A stretch of 64,000 nucleotides of DNA from Candidatus Eiseniibacteriota bacterium (GTDB taxonomy: Bacteria; Eisenbacteria; RBG-16-71-46; JABDJR01), in assembly GCA_963762255.1 (NCBI GenBank), contig CAVXKA010000003.1, positions 704,001 to 768,000 of the forward strand, read 5' to 3'. The notes beneath the pieces are model-generated. The model saw only the letters and a program-made list of their open reading frames with translations. It did not search any database and was not told the DNA's origin. This document shows positions 52,619 to 63,690 of the stretch, piece by piece (position 1 is the stretch's first letter; each line of letters opens with the position of its first letter). The position numbers and the translations under genes were made by a program.

Positions 52619-53599
52619 ATGACGACGTCGTTCAGGCGAATCGCGGTGCTCACCAGCGGAGGGGATGCTCCGGGGATGAACGCCGCACTGCGGGCGGTGG
52701 TGCGCACCGCTCACGCCAAGGGTATCGAGGTGCTGGGGGTTCGCTTCGGCTACCGCGGTCTACTGGCGCGCGACCACTGCCTGATGGGCCCTCGGGACGT
52801 CTCCAACATCATCCAGCGCGGGGGCACGGTGCTGGGCACCAGCCGCTGCCCCGAATTCTTTCAACCGGACGGTCGGCGGCGCGCGCACGAGACCCTCGTC
52901 GATGCAAGGGTCGACGGCCTCGTCGTGATCGGCGGCAACGGAAGCTACCAGGGGGCGCACCTCCTCTTCGAGGAGTTCGGCGCGCGCGTGATCGGGATTC
53001 CCGGCACGATCGACAACGACGTGAGCGGAACCGAGACCACGATCGGCTTCGACACCGCGGTCAACACCGCACTCCAGGCCATCGACCGCATTCGCGATAC
53101 CGCGTTCAGCACCGACCAGGCGTTCTTCGTGGAGGTGATGGGACGTCACTGCGGCGCCATCGCGATCGCGTCCGCGATCGCGGGAGGCGCGGAGGAGGTG
53201 CTGGTGCCGGAGTGGCCGGACGAGGTCGCCCGCCTGACCGAGCGCCTTCGCGACGGCCTCGCGCGCGGCAAGCGCAGTCTGATCGTGATCGTGGCCGAAG
53301 GCGAGGACCTGGGCGGCGCGGAGGCCGTGGCGCAGCGAATGAGCGAGACGCTCGGCATCTCGACCCGGGTCACCGTGCTCGGGCATATCCAGCGCGGAGG
53401 AAGCCCCACCGCCGCCGATCGCATTCTCGCGAGCCGCATGGGGGTAGCTGCGGTCGAGGCGCTCCTGAGAGGTGAAACCGACGTCATGACCTGCGCGCGC
53501 GGCGGCGCGATCGTCACCGCGCCGCTTCGTGAAGGATGGGCGGAACGCGGCAAGGCGGACGAGGAGCTGTTGCGGTTGTGCGCAATCCTCGCTCAGTGA
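52619..53599 (+). CDS. pfkA: ATP-dependent 6-phosphofructokinase
   Basis: LTSGGDAPGMN, GGTVLGTSR, GGNGS, PGTIDND, EVMGR, VAEG, LGHIQRGG. Confidence 0.96.
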   Translation: MTTSFRRIAVLTSGGDAPGMNAALRAVVRTAHAKGIEVLGVRFGYRGLLARDHCLMGPRDVSNIIQRGGTVLGTSRCPEFFQPDGRRRAHETLVDARVDGLVVIGGNGSYQGAHLLFEEFGARVIGIPGTIDNDVSGTETTIGFDTAVNTALQAIDRIRDTAFSTDQAFFVEVMGRHCGAIAIASAIAGGAEEVLVPEWPDEVARLTERLRDGLARGKRSLIVIVAEGEDLGGAEAVAQRMSETLGISTRVTVLGHIQRGGSPTAADRILASRMGVAAVEALLRGETDVMTCARGGAIVTAPLREGWAERGKADEELLRLCAILAQ

Positions 53600-54939
53600 G
53601 GCCGGCCCCCATCCCGGCACGGTGCCCGCGAGTTCTCTTTGCGGTCGCGGCCGCGCTGGCAGCGCTCGCGGCCGGCGGGCTCGTCCCGACGTCCGCGCCG
53701 GCAGGACCCGTCCGCTTCAGCCGGCTCACCGCGTGTCCGGAGGCCCGGGGATTCGCTTTCCTCGCTCAGGACGACGAATTCCAGCGGCCCGACACGCTCT
53801 TCGCCGCCCCTTCCGTGGGCCGTCTCGAGTGGCTGGGCGGTCCTGTGCGGGGGTTCGCTCTGCGGGGTGACACCGCATACGCCGCCACCCTGCTCGGAGT
53901 GTGCGAGATTCCCCCGAAGGGACCCGGATCGTTCTTCGCCTGGGAAGGCGTGGTTCCGGGCCGACTCGAGGTGGATCCCTCGCGATGGCCGGCCCGGCGC
54001 GGCGGAGCGATCCGAGGCTCCGGCGCCCATCCCGTCGGCGACGTATGGATATTTCCCGAGCGGTACCTGCCCCTGCGCGATTCCAGCCGCGTCTTCCTCA
54101 CCGACGCAGAGCATCCCCCGGGGCGCGGAACCATGCTCTACGACCTCCATACGCGCGACCCTCAGGGGACCGAGTACATGGCGGTGCGGAACCTGGAGGT
54201 GCGCACCTGGGTTGTATCGGACGATAGCCTGCACTGGGCGTTGGCCGCGCGCCTCCATCGACCCGACTATGGCGGCGAGGTCCTCGAAGCGGTTGTGGCC
54301 GGCATCGGGGCGCGGGTCGAGACCTTCGCTCTGGGCGAGCCGCGGTCCCTGGTCTGGGATGGGGCGAATCACTTGTGGGTGCTTCTCCAAAACGGCGATC
54401 TGCGGCGCTTGACCCCGGGTCCGTCCGCGTGGTCGAACACGCGGGTCGATCCCTCGGCGGGCGCGCTCCCCTGCCCTTTGGGCCCGCCGGAGACGGTCTG
54501 GGTATGGCGGTCTCCCCTCAAGTACACGCAGCCGCAGGCCGCGGAGCGGTTCGCGGCAACGGTGCAGTCCCGGCTCGACTGCGGGCGTACCTGGGTGGTG
54601 GCGCACGAGGACGGTTCGTGGCGGCCGGTGTGGGGAGGGTTTCTCACACGCGAGGCGCTGCTTCAGGAGATGCCGAAGCCGCCCGTCCCCGACGCGGCCG
54701 CGGTTGCGGTACCGGCCGGGGACTCGCATCCCGAGGGGACGGTGGCGCGCGTACGCATGATGGAGGAGAACGGCGTGGCCACGCTGCGCAACATCACCCG
54801 CAACGGGCGGACCGCATCGGAGTTCTGGTGGCGGTACCTCCCGAAACAACAGGGAGTACGCATCGCGGGGCCGTGGGGCCTCGGCGGGCCCGACTCCTGG
54901 GGGGGCGGATCGATTGACACCCCCGGCACCGGCCCCTAG
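53596..54939 (+). CDS. secreted hypothetical protein, possible SPOR-like segment
   Basis: GTGA overlap with pfkA; signal-like hydrophobic stretch; YTQPQAAERFAATVQ...WVV...WRPVWGGFLTREA resembles SPOR. Confidence 0.55.
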   Translation: MRPAPIPARCPRVLFAVAAALAALAAGGLVPTSAPAGPVRFSRLTACPEARGFAFLAQDDEFQRPDTLFAAPSVGRLEWLGGPVRGFALRGDTAYAATLLGVCEIPPKGPGSFFAWEGVVPGRLEVDPSRWPARRGGAIRGSGAHPVGDVWIFPERYLPLRDSSRVFLTDAEHPPGRGTMLYDLHTRDPQGTEYMAVRNLEVRTWVVSDDSLHWALAARLHRPDYGGEVLEAVVAGIGARVETFALGEPRSLVWDGANHLWVLLQNGDLRRLTPGPSAWSNTRVDPSAGALPCPLGPPETVWVWRSPLKYTQPQAAERFAATVQSRLDCGRTWVVAHEDGSWRPVWGGFLTREALLQEMPKPPVPDAAAVAVPAGDSHPEGTVARVRMMEENGVATLRNITRNGRTASEFWWRYLPKQQGVRIAGPWGLGGPDSWGGGSIDTPGTGP

Positions 54940-54942
54940 ATT
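54914..54942 (+). promoter_or_regulatory. sigma70 promoter of the repeat-protein/PorV-like operon
   Basis: TTGACA-N17-TAGATT, 21 nt before ATG 54964. Confidence 0.7.
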
Positions 54943-54963
54943 GCCGATGATGCGAGAATCGCC

Positions 54964-57615
54964 ATGCCAAGCACGATGAACTGCCGGCCTCGCCGAGTGC
55001 CCACCACGGGACGGATTCTCCTTGCCATCGGGCTCCTCCTTGTCGCCGCCGACGCCTACGCCAGCCCGGTCTTCGACCGCGCGTCTCTCTCCCCCAGCGC
55101 CATCTCACCCAACAACGACGGCGTGCAGGAGTACACCGAGATCCGCTACACCCTGAGCGCCGACTCCGCTGACGTGCGCATCCTTCTCACCCGCGCGGGG
55201 GGAGCGTCGGTCGTGGCCACGCTGCAGGTCTTGACGCGGCAGGGGGGCACGAAGAGCCGTCTCTTCGACGGCAGCGTGGGTTCGGACCCGGTGGCCGACG
55301 GCAGCTACGAAATCCGAATCCTCGGCTCGGGAACCGGGGGCGAGGGAACCGAGGAGGTCGTCCTGCCTCTGGAGATCGATCGCGTGGCTCCGATCATCTC
55401 CTCGTTGACCCTGCTTTCTCCGGCGGCGCCGGTGGTGCAGAACGGCACGCGGGTGACGTTGCAGGCCTGCATGGACGGCAACTTCGACCAGGTGAGCGCG
55501 GATTTCTCCGCCCTCGACAGCGGGTTCATCGCGGGCGCCGTGTCGGTGACGTCGGTGAGCGACGCCTGCCGGCGTTTCACCTACACGATCACGCCGTCCA
55601 ACGCCCTGACCGACCGGAGCGGGCTTGAAGTCACCGTGACCGCACGCGATCGCGCGGGGAACCGGTCGACGGGTTCGCTCGAATTCTGCCTGTCGAACTC
55701 GCCGCCCGTGCTCCTGACCGCCACCCTGCTCAGCTCGGTGCCGGTCTTCCAGAACGGCGACCAGATCCGCACGGAGATCCAGGTGAACTCCCCCAACGAG
55801 GTCACTGTGCGGGGCGACTTCGTGAACCTGGACTCCGGCTTCGGGCCGGGCCTCACCGGGGTCGAGCGGATCGGCACGGGGCGTTTCCGGCTCACCTACA
55901 CGATTTCGGCCGTCAACAATCGGCCCGATGGCGAGTACCGACTGCGTCTCTATGCCTACGACGTCAACGGCTGCGGCGTGGATGCGGACTCGAGCCTCAC
56001 GGTGACCCTGGACAATGCAGGGGCCCTGCCCGCTCTGATCGGAGCGGTCTCGGTCACTCCCGCTGCGTACTCTCCCAACGGCGATGGAGTAAAGGACGAC
56101 GTGACCATCAACTACACGGTGCTGGAGGACACCGTCAAGGTCATCGTCTGGGTCGAGTTCTTGGTCAAGAACGACTCCGTAGTCAAGACCCACACCCTTC
56201 TCCCTCCCGGGAACGTGCTCCGCGGATCCCACACCCTGCACTGGGACGGGCTCTTCCAGGTGGAGCTCAACCAGATCGCCGATCAGGTGCTGAATGTGGT
56301 GGTTCGCGCGAGCAGCACGAAGCTGGGTCTGAACCGCAGTGAAATCCTGAAGGTCGAACTCGACCGCGCGCCGCCCGTGTTCAAGACGATTCGCCTCCCG
56401 CTCTCCACCGTCGTGCGCAACGATCGTCAAGTCGCGTTCTCGGTCGTCTATGACCGGGCGGGTTACGATCTGAGCGCCGACTTCAGCGAACTCGACTCCA
56501 ATTTCCCGCGCGCGGTCTCGGTGGCGGACAGCGGCAACGGCGCCTATCGCATCGCCTACACGATCAGCCCGACCAACGCCCGTCCGGACGGCATCAACAA
56601 GGACGTGCGACTCACCGCGATCGATGCAGCCGGCAACTCCGGGGTGGTCGAGGACCATGCGCGTTTCTGCCTGAGCAATCTCCCGCCGCGGCTGGCCTCC
56701 GCCCAGCTCCTGAGCAAGCCGGGCCCCTATCGCAAGCTCGATCAGATCTCGCTACGCACGAAGTGGGTGGACGGGCAGTGGACGTCGACCAAGCCGCTGC
56801 AGGTGACTGCGAACTTCTCGAGCTTGGACACGGATTTCAATGATCGATTGGACCAACTCCTCATCGCCGATGTCTCGTCGGCGGCCAGCCCCGACACCGC
56901 CGTGTTCGACATCGCCTACCGGCTCTCCGCCGGCAACGAGAACGAAACCGGTGAGGGGACGATCACGGTCACCGCCCGCGACAACGCCGACCTGGGCTGC
57001 GCCTCCGTCACCGTGAACGCGCTGAAGATCACCCTCGACAGCGAGCCCCCGTTCCGACCGACGCTCACCGCCTCCGGAGGCGTCGTGCGCGCCGCGGTGG
57101 ACACGCTGCGGGGCGTGGCCGAGGACGCAGTGATGGTGATCATCAACCGCGGCACGACCCCGGTGGACACCTTCGCGGTCCCGTTGCTGGACGGCAAGTT
57201 CTCGGGCCCGATCACCCTCGAGCCGGGTGAGAACAAGTTCAACGCGGTGAGCGTCGACGCTGCGGGGAACACGTCCAAGCCCTCGGTCCCGGACTTGGTC
57301 ATCTTCTTCGTGCAGGGTGATGTCGTGCAGATCCCCGGCCCCTTCACCCCGGGCAAGGAATTCTTCATCGGCCTGGTGAGCCCGGCCCGGCAACTGTCCG
57401 TGCGCATCTTCAACCTCGACGGCGTCGAGATCGCGCGGCTGGAAGCGGAAGGGGGCGATCTCTTCCATGTCCCCTGGGATGGAAAGGACGCGAACGGGGC
57501 ACTCGTTTCGAGCGGGCCATACTTCGCGGTGGTGGAAGTCGTGGATGCGGCTAGCGGGCGAACCGATCGCTTCAAGAAGGCGTTCGTGTTTGCGCGACGG
57601 GGGACGGGCTTGTGA
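54964..57615 (+). CDS. large secreted Ig-like repeat protein with internal and C-terminal FlgD-Ig-like domains
   Basis: Signal ending AYA-S; SPNxDG twice; four (A/G)(D/N)FxxLD(S/T)xF repeats; C-terminal RIFNLDGVEIARL...WDGKDANGALVSSGPY. Confidence 0.85.
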   Translation: MPSTMNCRPRRVPTTGRILLAIGLLLVAADAYASPVFDRASLSPSAISPNNDGVQEYTEIRYTLSADSADVRILLTRAGGASVVATLQVLTRQGGTKSRLFDGSVGSDPVADGSYEIRILGSGTGGEGTEEVVLPLEIDRVAPIISSLTLLSPAAPVVQNGTRVTLQACMDGNFDQVSADFSALDSGFIAGAVSVTSVSDACRRFTYTITPSNALTDRSGLEVTVTARDRAGNRSTGSLEFCLSNSPPVLLTATLLSSVPVFQNGDQIRTEIQVNSPNEVTVRGDFVNLDSGFGPGLTGVERIGTGRFRLTYTISAVNNRPDGEYRLRLYAYDVNGCGVDADSSLTVTLDNAGALPALIGAVSVTPAAYSPNGDGVKDDVTINYTVLEDTVKVIVWVEFLVKNDSVVKTHTLLPPGNVLRGSHTLHWDGLFQVELNQIADQVLNVVVRASSTKLGLNRSEILKVELDRAPPVFKTIRLPLSTVVRNDRQVAFSVVYDRAGYDLSADFSELDSNFPRAVSVADSGNGAYRIAYTISPTNARPDGINKDVRLTAIDAAGNSGVVEDHARFCLSNLPPRLASAQLLSKPGPYRKLDQISLRTKWVDGQWTSTKPLQVTANFSSLDTDFNDRLDQLLIADVSSAASPDTAVFDIAYRLSAGNENETGEGTITVTARDNADLGCASVTVNALKITLDSEPPFRPTLTASGGVVRAAVDTLRGVAEDAVMVIINRGTTPVDTFAVPLLDGKFSGPITLEPGENKFNAVSVDAAGNTSKPSVPDLVIFFVQGDVVQIPGPFTPGKEFFIGLVSPARQLSVRIFNLDGVEIARLEAEGGDLFHVPWDGKDANGALVSSGPYFAVVEVVDAASGRTDRFKKAFVFARRGTGL

Positions 57616-58574
57616 GGCCCGCCCGGCGGCGGCGTCTGCGCGGAGCGTTCGCGGCGGCGGTTCTATGCGGTGTATTCACCGCGAACCCGACGCCCGCAGC
57701 CACCCGCACCGCAGCCTTCGCTCCCGCCGACCCGGGCGTGCGCGCGGCGGCGATGGGGGGCGCGTTCACGGCGCTCGGCGGGGAGCCGGCGGCCCTCTAC
57801 TGGAACCCGGCCGCGCTCTATTACCAGCCTGGTCGCACCGTCGAGGCCACCTACGCCGATCTCTACGGCCTCGGTCTCGCGCGACGCACCTCGCTCACGT
57901 TCGGCATGAAATCGATCTACGACGTGCCCCGCTTCGTTCGCGATCGCGTCGAGGTGCGTCGGGATGCCGCGTCCGGGCCGGGGTACGGCTTCGGAATCCA
58001 GTCGCTCTTCGTGGATGTGGACGGCGGCGGCTACTCGGAGCTGCGCGTTGGCGGCGGCGCGGCGTGGGGCTACGGCGACCGGCTCGCCGCCGGGGTGTCG
58101 CTCCACGGTCTCTTCGTCTCGAGCGATTTCGAGGACGTCTCCGCTATCGGCTACGACTTGGGATTCGGGATCGGCTGGCAGTACTCGCAGCACGAGCGGA
58201 TCGCGGTGGCGGTGCCGCATCTTCTGAGCCGCCTCTTCTGGCGGTTCGACAGCACCGAGCGGCTGCCGTTGAGCGCGACGGCGGGATGGACGCGCCGGCT
58301 CGGGAAGCACGCGACGGTGAGCGCGGAGGCGGAACTGCGCGAGGGCGAGGAATCGCCGTACCGGCTGGCGGCGGGCGCGGAGGCGTGGATCGTCCCCGAC
58401 CGGCTCGCGCTGCGGGCGGGCTACCGCCGGCTCGACGGCGGCATCGAGACGATCGCCAAGCCCACCTTCGGTGCCGGCGTTCGCTTCAACCGGCTGCGTC
58501 TCGATTACGCCTATCGCCTGGAGCCGGACGCCCTGGGAGACAGCCACCGGCTGGGACTTCTGGTGGGGTTCTAG
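57612..58574 (+). CDS. PorV/PorQ-family (FadL-like) outer-membrane beta-barrel
   Basis: [28 protein letters not shown]; GYDLG; LALRAGY; TFGAGV...LDYAY...LGDSHRLG; terminal Phe. GTGA overlap with the upstream gene. Confidence 0.85.
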   Translation: MRPARRRRLRGAFAAAVLCGVFTANPTPAATRTAAFAPADPGVRAAAMGGAFTALGGEPAALYWNPAALYYQPGRTVEATYADLYGLGLARRTSLTFGMKSIYDVPRFVRDRVEVRRDAASGPGYGFGIQSLFVDVDGGGYSELRVGGGAAWGYGDRLAAGVSLHGLFVSSDFEDVSAIGYDLGFGIGWQYSQHERIAVAVPHLLSRLFWRFDSTERLPLSATAGWTRRLGKHATVSAEAELREGEESPYRLAAGAEAWIVPDRLALRAGYRRLDGGIETIAKPTFGAGVRFNRLRLDYAYRLEPDALGDSHRLGLLVGF

Positions 58575-59280
58575 CGCGGATCCTCGTGCGCGCACTCGCC
58601 GGGCGCGCCCACCCACACGCCGCCGTCGGCGAAGAACTCCTTCTTCCAGATCGGCACGTCGGCCTTGAGCCGCTCGATGAGATGGCGGCAGGCCTCGAAG
58701 GCCTCGCCCGCGATGCGGGCAGCTCGCCACCGCAACCACGCTCGCCTCCCCCACCTCGACCCGCCCGAGCCGATGGTGCAGGAACAGCGCGATCACCGGC
58801 CAGCGCTCGCGCGCCTCGCTCACGATCCGCTCCATCTGCGCGAGCGCCATCGGCTCGTGGGCTTCGTACTCGAGGTAGAGCACGTCGCGCCCGTGCGACG
58901 GCGAGCGCACCGTGCCCTCGAACACGACGACCGCTCCCGCCGCGGCGTGCGTGGCGGCGTTCTTGAGGAGCGACCCGTCGAGGGGCTCGCGCGTGAGGCG
59001 CACGACGGGAGGGGCATCGGGAGCGGGCGCACCGCTCCCGCCGCTCACCGGCGGGATGAGGAGCACTCTCCGCGCCCTCGGCGAGCGGGACGCGATCGTC
59101 CACGAACTCGGTGCCGCGGGCGAGCCGGCAGGCCTGTACGAGATCCCGCCAGCGCGGATGCATCTCGGCCACGCGCGCGCGCAGGTCCACGCCGGTGGCG
59201 CCCTCGGCCACTTCGACGACGATGCGCTCGGCTCCCAGCGCCTCGCGCAGGGCGGCGAACGCGACGACCTCAACCCGCAT
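58571..59280 (-). CDS. moaE: molybdopterin synthase MoaD-MoaE fusion (two 1-nt frameshifts)
   Basis: [13 protein letters not shown]...LIPPVSGG (MoaD), linker, then [33 protein letters not shown] (MoaE). Removing bases near 59067 and 58709 gives 235 aa. Confidence 0.9.
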
Positions 59281-59328
59281 GGCGACCTCCGATCCGTGCG
59301 GCGCAGACCCGATGTTCATCCGCGTATG

Positions 59329-60230
59329 TTAGCGCGTGCCCGCGGCGGGAGCCAACGCGCGCCGGGGTTCGAGGAGGAGCGCGGCGAAGGCCTGCGCGGC
59401 GGGCTCGAGGCCTGCGCCACGCAGGCGGAGGAGGCCGAGGCGCCGCTCGACCGAGAACCGCCGTGCGGGCACGCGATGCACCGCACCGCGACGGAAGGGC
59501 GCCTCGCTCACCGCTTCCGGAAGCACGCTCACGCCGAGCCCCGTCTCCACGAGGCGCGCCATCACCGACGGACGGCCGATCTCCATCACCGGGCGCACGG
59601 CGAAGCCGGCCGAGGCCAGCGCGGCGTCGATCAGGCGCCGGGTGATCGAGTCGCGCGGATAGGCGATGAAGGGCTGCTCGGCCAGCACGCGCGCGAGCGG
59701 CATCCCCTTGGCCGAGGAAGGCAGCACGAGACCCGAGGCGCTCCACCGCCAGCGGGGTCACCTCCACGTCGGCGGCCTCGACCGGCAGCGTGCCCAGCAC
59801 GAGATCGAACCGGCCGTCGCGCAATCGGACCAGGAGCGGCTCGGTCGAGTTCACCTCCACGGCCACCTCGATTCCGGGAAAGCGGCGATGGAAGCGCATG
59901 AAGGTCCGCGGCAGGACGTCGGTGGCCGCGGCGTCGGTCACGCCGAGGCGAAGCACCCCTCGGGTGACGCCGCGGATCTGCTCGACTTCGAGGCGGCCCG
60001 CCTGCACCGCGGCCAGCGCGCGCCGCGCCTGGCGGGCCAGCGCGCGGCCGGCTTCGGTGAGATCCACGCCGCGGCCTCGACGATGGAAGAGGGCGGCGCC
60101 GAGATCCTGCTCCAGCGCCTTGATCTGCAGGCTCACCGCGGGCTGGGTGAGGTGACGGAGCTCGCGCGGCGGCGGAGAGACTTCCCGCTTCCTCCGCCGC
60201 GAGCAGGGTCTTGAGTTGTTCCAGATCCAC
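59329..60230 (-). CDS. LysR family transcriptional regulator (two 1-nt frameshifts)
   Basis: MDLEQLKTL..AEEAGSLSAAA|HLTQPAVSLQIKALEQDLG..LFHR...LTEAG, F..RFPGI, VETGLGVSVLP. Repaired near 60164 and 59731 it is 299 aa. Confidence 0.92.
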
Positions 60231-60259
60231 GAGTGCCCCTCCGGCGGGCGCGATGGCCC

Positions 60260-60274
60260 ATAAGCACAGCTTAT
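60260..60274. promoter_or_regulatory. LysR-type binding box between divergent lysR and ino1
   Basis: Palindrome ATAAGC-ACA-GCTTAT containing T-N11-A (60261/60273). Confidence 0.75.
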
Positions 60275-60367
60275 CGATTCCATAGATACAATAAACTGGC
60301 CTGATCGACCTGCCCAGCCCAGAATCGCGCGATTCACAAACCCCGCATGGGTCAGGAGGATCCGAAC

Positions 60368-61679
<1,312 letters not shown>

Positions 61680-61683
<4 letters not shown>

Positions 61684-62903
61684 GTCGGTGGTTCGGGGAG
61701 GGCGCCCGCCCTCCCCGTCTTCCCTGGACCGTCGTCGCGCTCGGTTTCGCGAGCCTCCTCAACGATGTCGGTTCGGAGATGGCATTCCCCCTCCTGCCGC
61801 TGTTCCTCACGGAGACCCTTCGCGCGGGGCCGGGCTTCGTCGGGCTCGTGGAAGGCACCGCTGAGACCGTCTCCAATTTTCTGAAGCTCGTCTCGGGATA
61901 CTGGGCGGACCGGCTGAAGCGGCGTAAGCCGCTCGTGGCCGGAGGCTACGCGGTGGCCGCGCTGGGGCGCCCGCTTCTGGGGCTTGCCACCGCACCCTGG
62001 CACGCGCTCCTCGTCCGCGTCATCGATCGCGTGGGCAAAGGGGTGCGCACCTCGCCGCGCGACGTCCTCATCGCGGAGGCGGCAGGACCGGGTCAGGCCG
62101 GACGCGCGTTCGGATTCCATCGCGCGATGGATCACGCGGGGGCGGTGATCGGGCCGCTCCTGGCCGCCGCTCTTCTCGCCGTCGGGTTGGAAACCCGCAG
62201 CGTTCTTCTCCTCACCGCGATCCCCGGCGTTCTCGCCGTGTTCGCGGTGCTCACGGTGCGGGAGCGGCGCGCCGAGGCACCTCGGCAGGCGCCCCACGCG
62301 CAGGAGACACCCGGGCCCGGCGCGACGACAAAGACCGCGATGCCCCGAGCTTTCTTGGCCTATCTCGGCATCCTGCTCCTCTTCTCCTTCGGGAACTCGA
62401 CGGACGCCTTCCTTCTCTTGCGCGCGCGCGATCTGGGCCTGAGCGCGGCTGCGATCCCGATCCTCTGGGCGGTGCTGCACGTGTCCAAGATGGTGACCGC
62501 CTATTACGGCGGAGGTCTCGCCGACCGCGTCTCCCCCACGCGCGTGATCGTGATGGGATGGGGCGTGTACATGCTTGTCTACCTGGGACTGGGCGCGGCG
62601 AGCGAACCGTGGCACGTCTGGGCGCTGTTCACGGTGTATGGCCTCTATTACGGGCTCACCGAGCCGGCGGAGAAGGTGCTGGTGCGCGCGCTAGCGCCGG
62701 TCGAGTCCCGTGGACGAGCCTTCGGCCTGTACCACTTCACGGTGGGTGCGAGCGCGCTGCCCGCCAGCCTGCTCACCGCGTGGCTGTGGCGCGTCGCGGG
62801 GGCTCCCGTCGCTCTCGCAGTCTGCGCGGCGCTCGCCGCGGTGGCCTCGGTGCTGCTGCTCGCTTGGGACTTCCGGGCACGCCGGGTCGGGTTGGTCTCC
62901 TGA
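61680..62903 (+). CDS. MFS transporter
   Basis: SLLNDVGSEM, GYWADRLKRRK, DRVGKGVRTSPRD, GFHRAMD..GAVIGP, GGLADRV. Confidence 0.92.
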
Positions 62904-63011
62904 CCCTCGATTTGCTATGCTTCCCGGTCCCTCGCCCACCTCACGAAGGTGTTTGCCAAGGATCCGAGATGGCGCCCGATTCGGCGCCCGTTCCCAGGAG
63001 GCTCTTCCGTC

Positions 63012-63578
63012 ATGCCGATTCCAGCGACCCAGATGCGGGTGGGTTCCATCATCCTCCACGAGGGGAAGCTTCACCGCGTTGTGTTCAAGCAGCACGTCAC
63101 CCCCGGCAACTGGCGTGGCATGGTCCAGACCAAGCTCCAGAACGTGGAGACCGGATCCACCTCCGAATACCGCTTCCGATCCACCGACACCGTGGAGCCG
63201 GCGCGTCTCGAGAACCACGAGCTGCAATACCTCTATCGGTCGGGTGACGACTTCACGTTCATGAACCAGGAGAACTACGAGATGATCAACCTCTCCGGAG
63301 AGGTGCTGGGCGACGCCGCCAAGTACCTTCAGGAGAACATGGTCATCGTCGCCCAGTATTTCCAGGGGAAGGTGATCGCCATCGACGTGCCGATGACGGC
63401 CATCTATCGGATCACCGAGACCGACCCCGCGATGAAGGGCGCCACCGCCTCGGGGGGAGCCAAGCTGGCCGTCCTCGAGAACGGCATCCAGATCAAGGTG
63501 CCGCAGCACCTGGGCGTGGGCGATCTGGTCAAGATCGACACCCGCGACGACAGCTTCATCGAGCGGGCGAACGGATAG
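63012..63578 (+). CDS. efp: elongation factor P (TPGNWRG loop)
   Basis: QYLY, FMNQENYE, TDPAMKGATA, K.AVLENG, VP...GD.VKIDTR..FIERA. AGGAGG RBS. Confidence 0.95.
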   Translation: MPIPATQMRVGSIILHEGKLHRVVFKQHVTPGNWRGMVQTKLQNVETGSTSEYRFRSTDTVEPARLENHELQYLYRSGDDFTFMNQENYEMINLSGEVLGDAAKYLQENMVIVAQYFQGKVIAIDVPMTAIYRITETDPAMKGATASGGAKLAVLENGIQIKVPQHLGVGDLVKIDTRDDSFIERANG

Positions 63579-63610
63579 CGGTCGGCTCAGGCGGTCCGGC
63601 GCCCCCCCCT

Positions 63611-63639
63611 TTGACACCACCGCGGGCGCGCGCTCTAAT
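63611..63639 (+). promoter_or_regulatory. putative sigma70 promoter
   Basis: TTGACA-N17-TCTAAT upstream of ATG 63691. Confidence 0.55.
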
Positions 63640-63690
63640 GGTCGTCACGGAGACGGGTTCCCGCGGGGAAACCATCCGGGGAAGGCCTGC

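Noticed and set aside
54964-57615. FlgD-like domains as flagellar hook-cap genes
   Set aside because: They are appended to signal-peptide proteins and there are no flagellar genes in the window.
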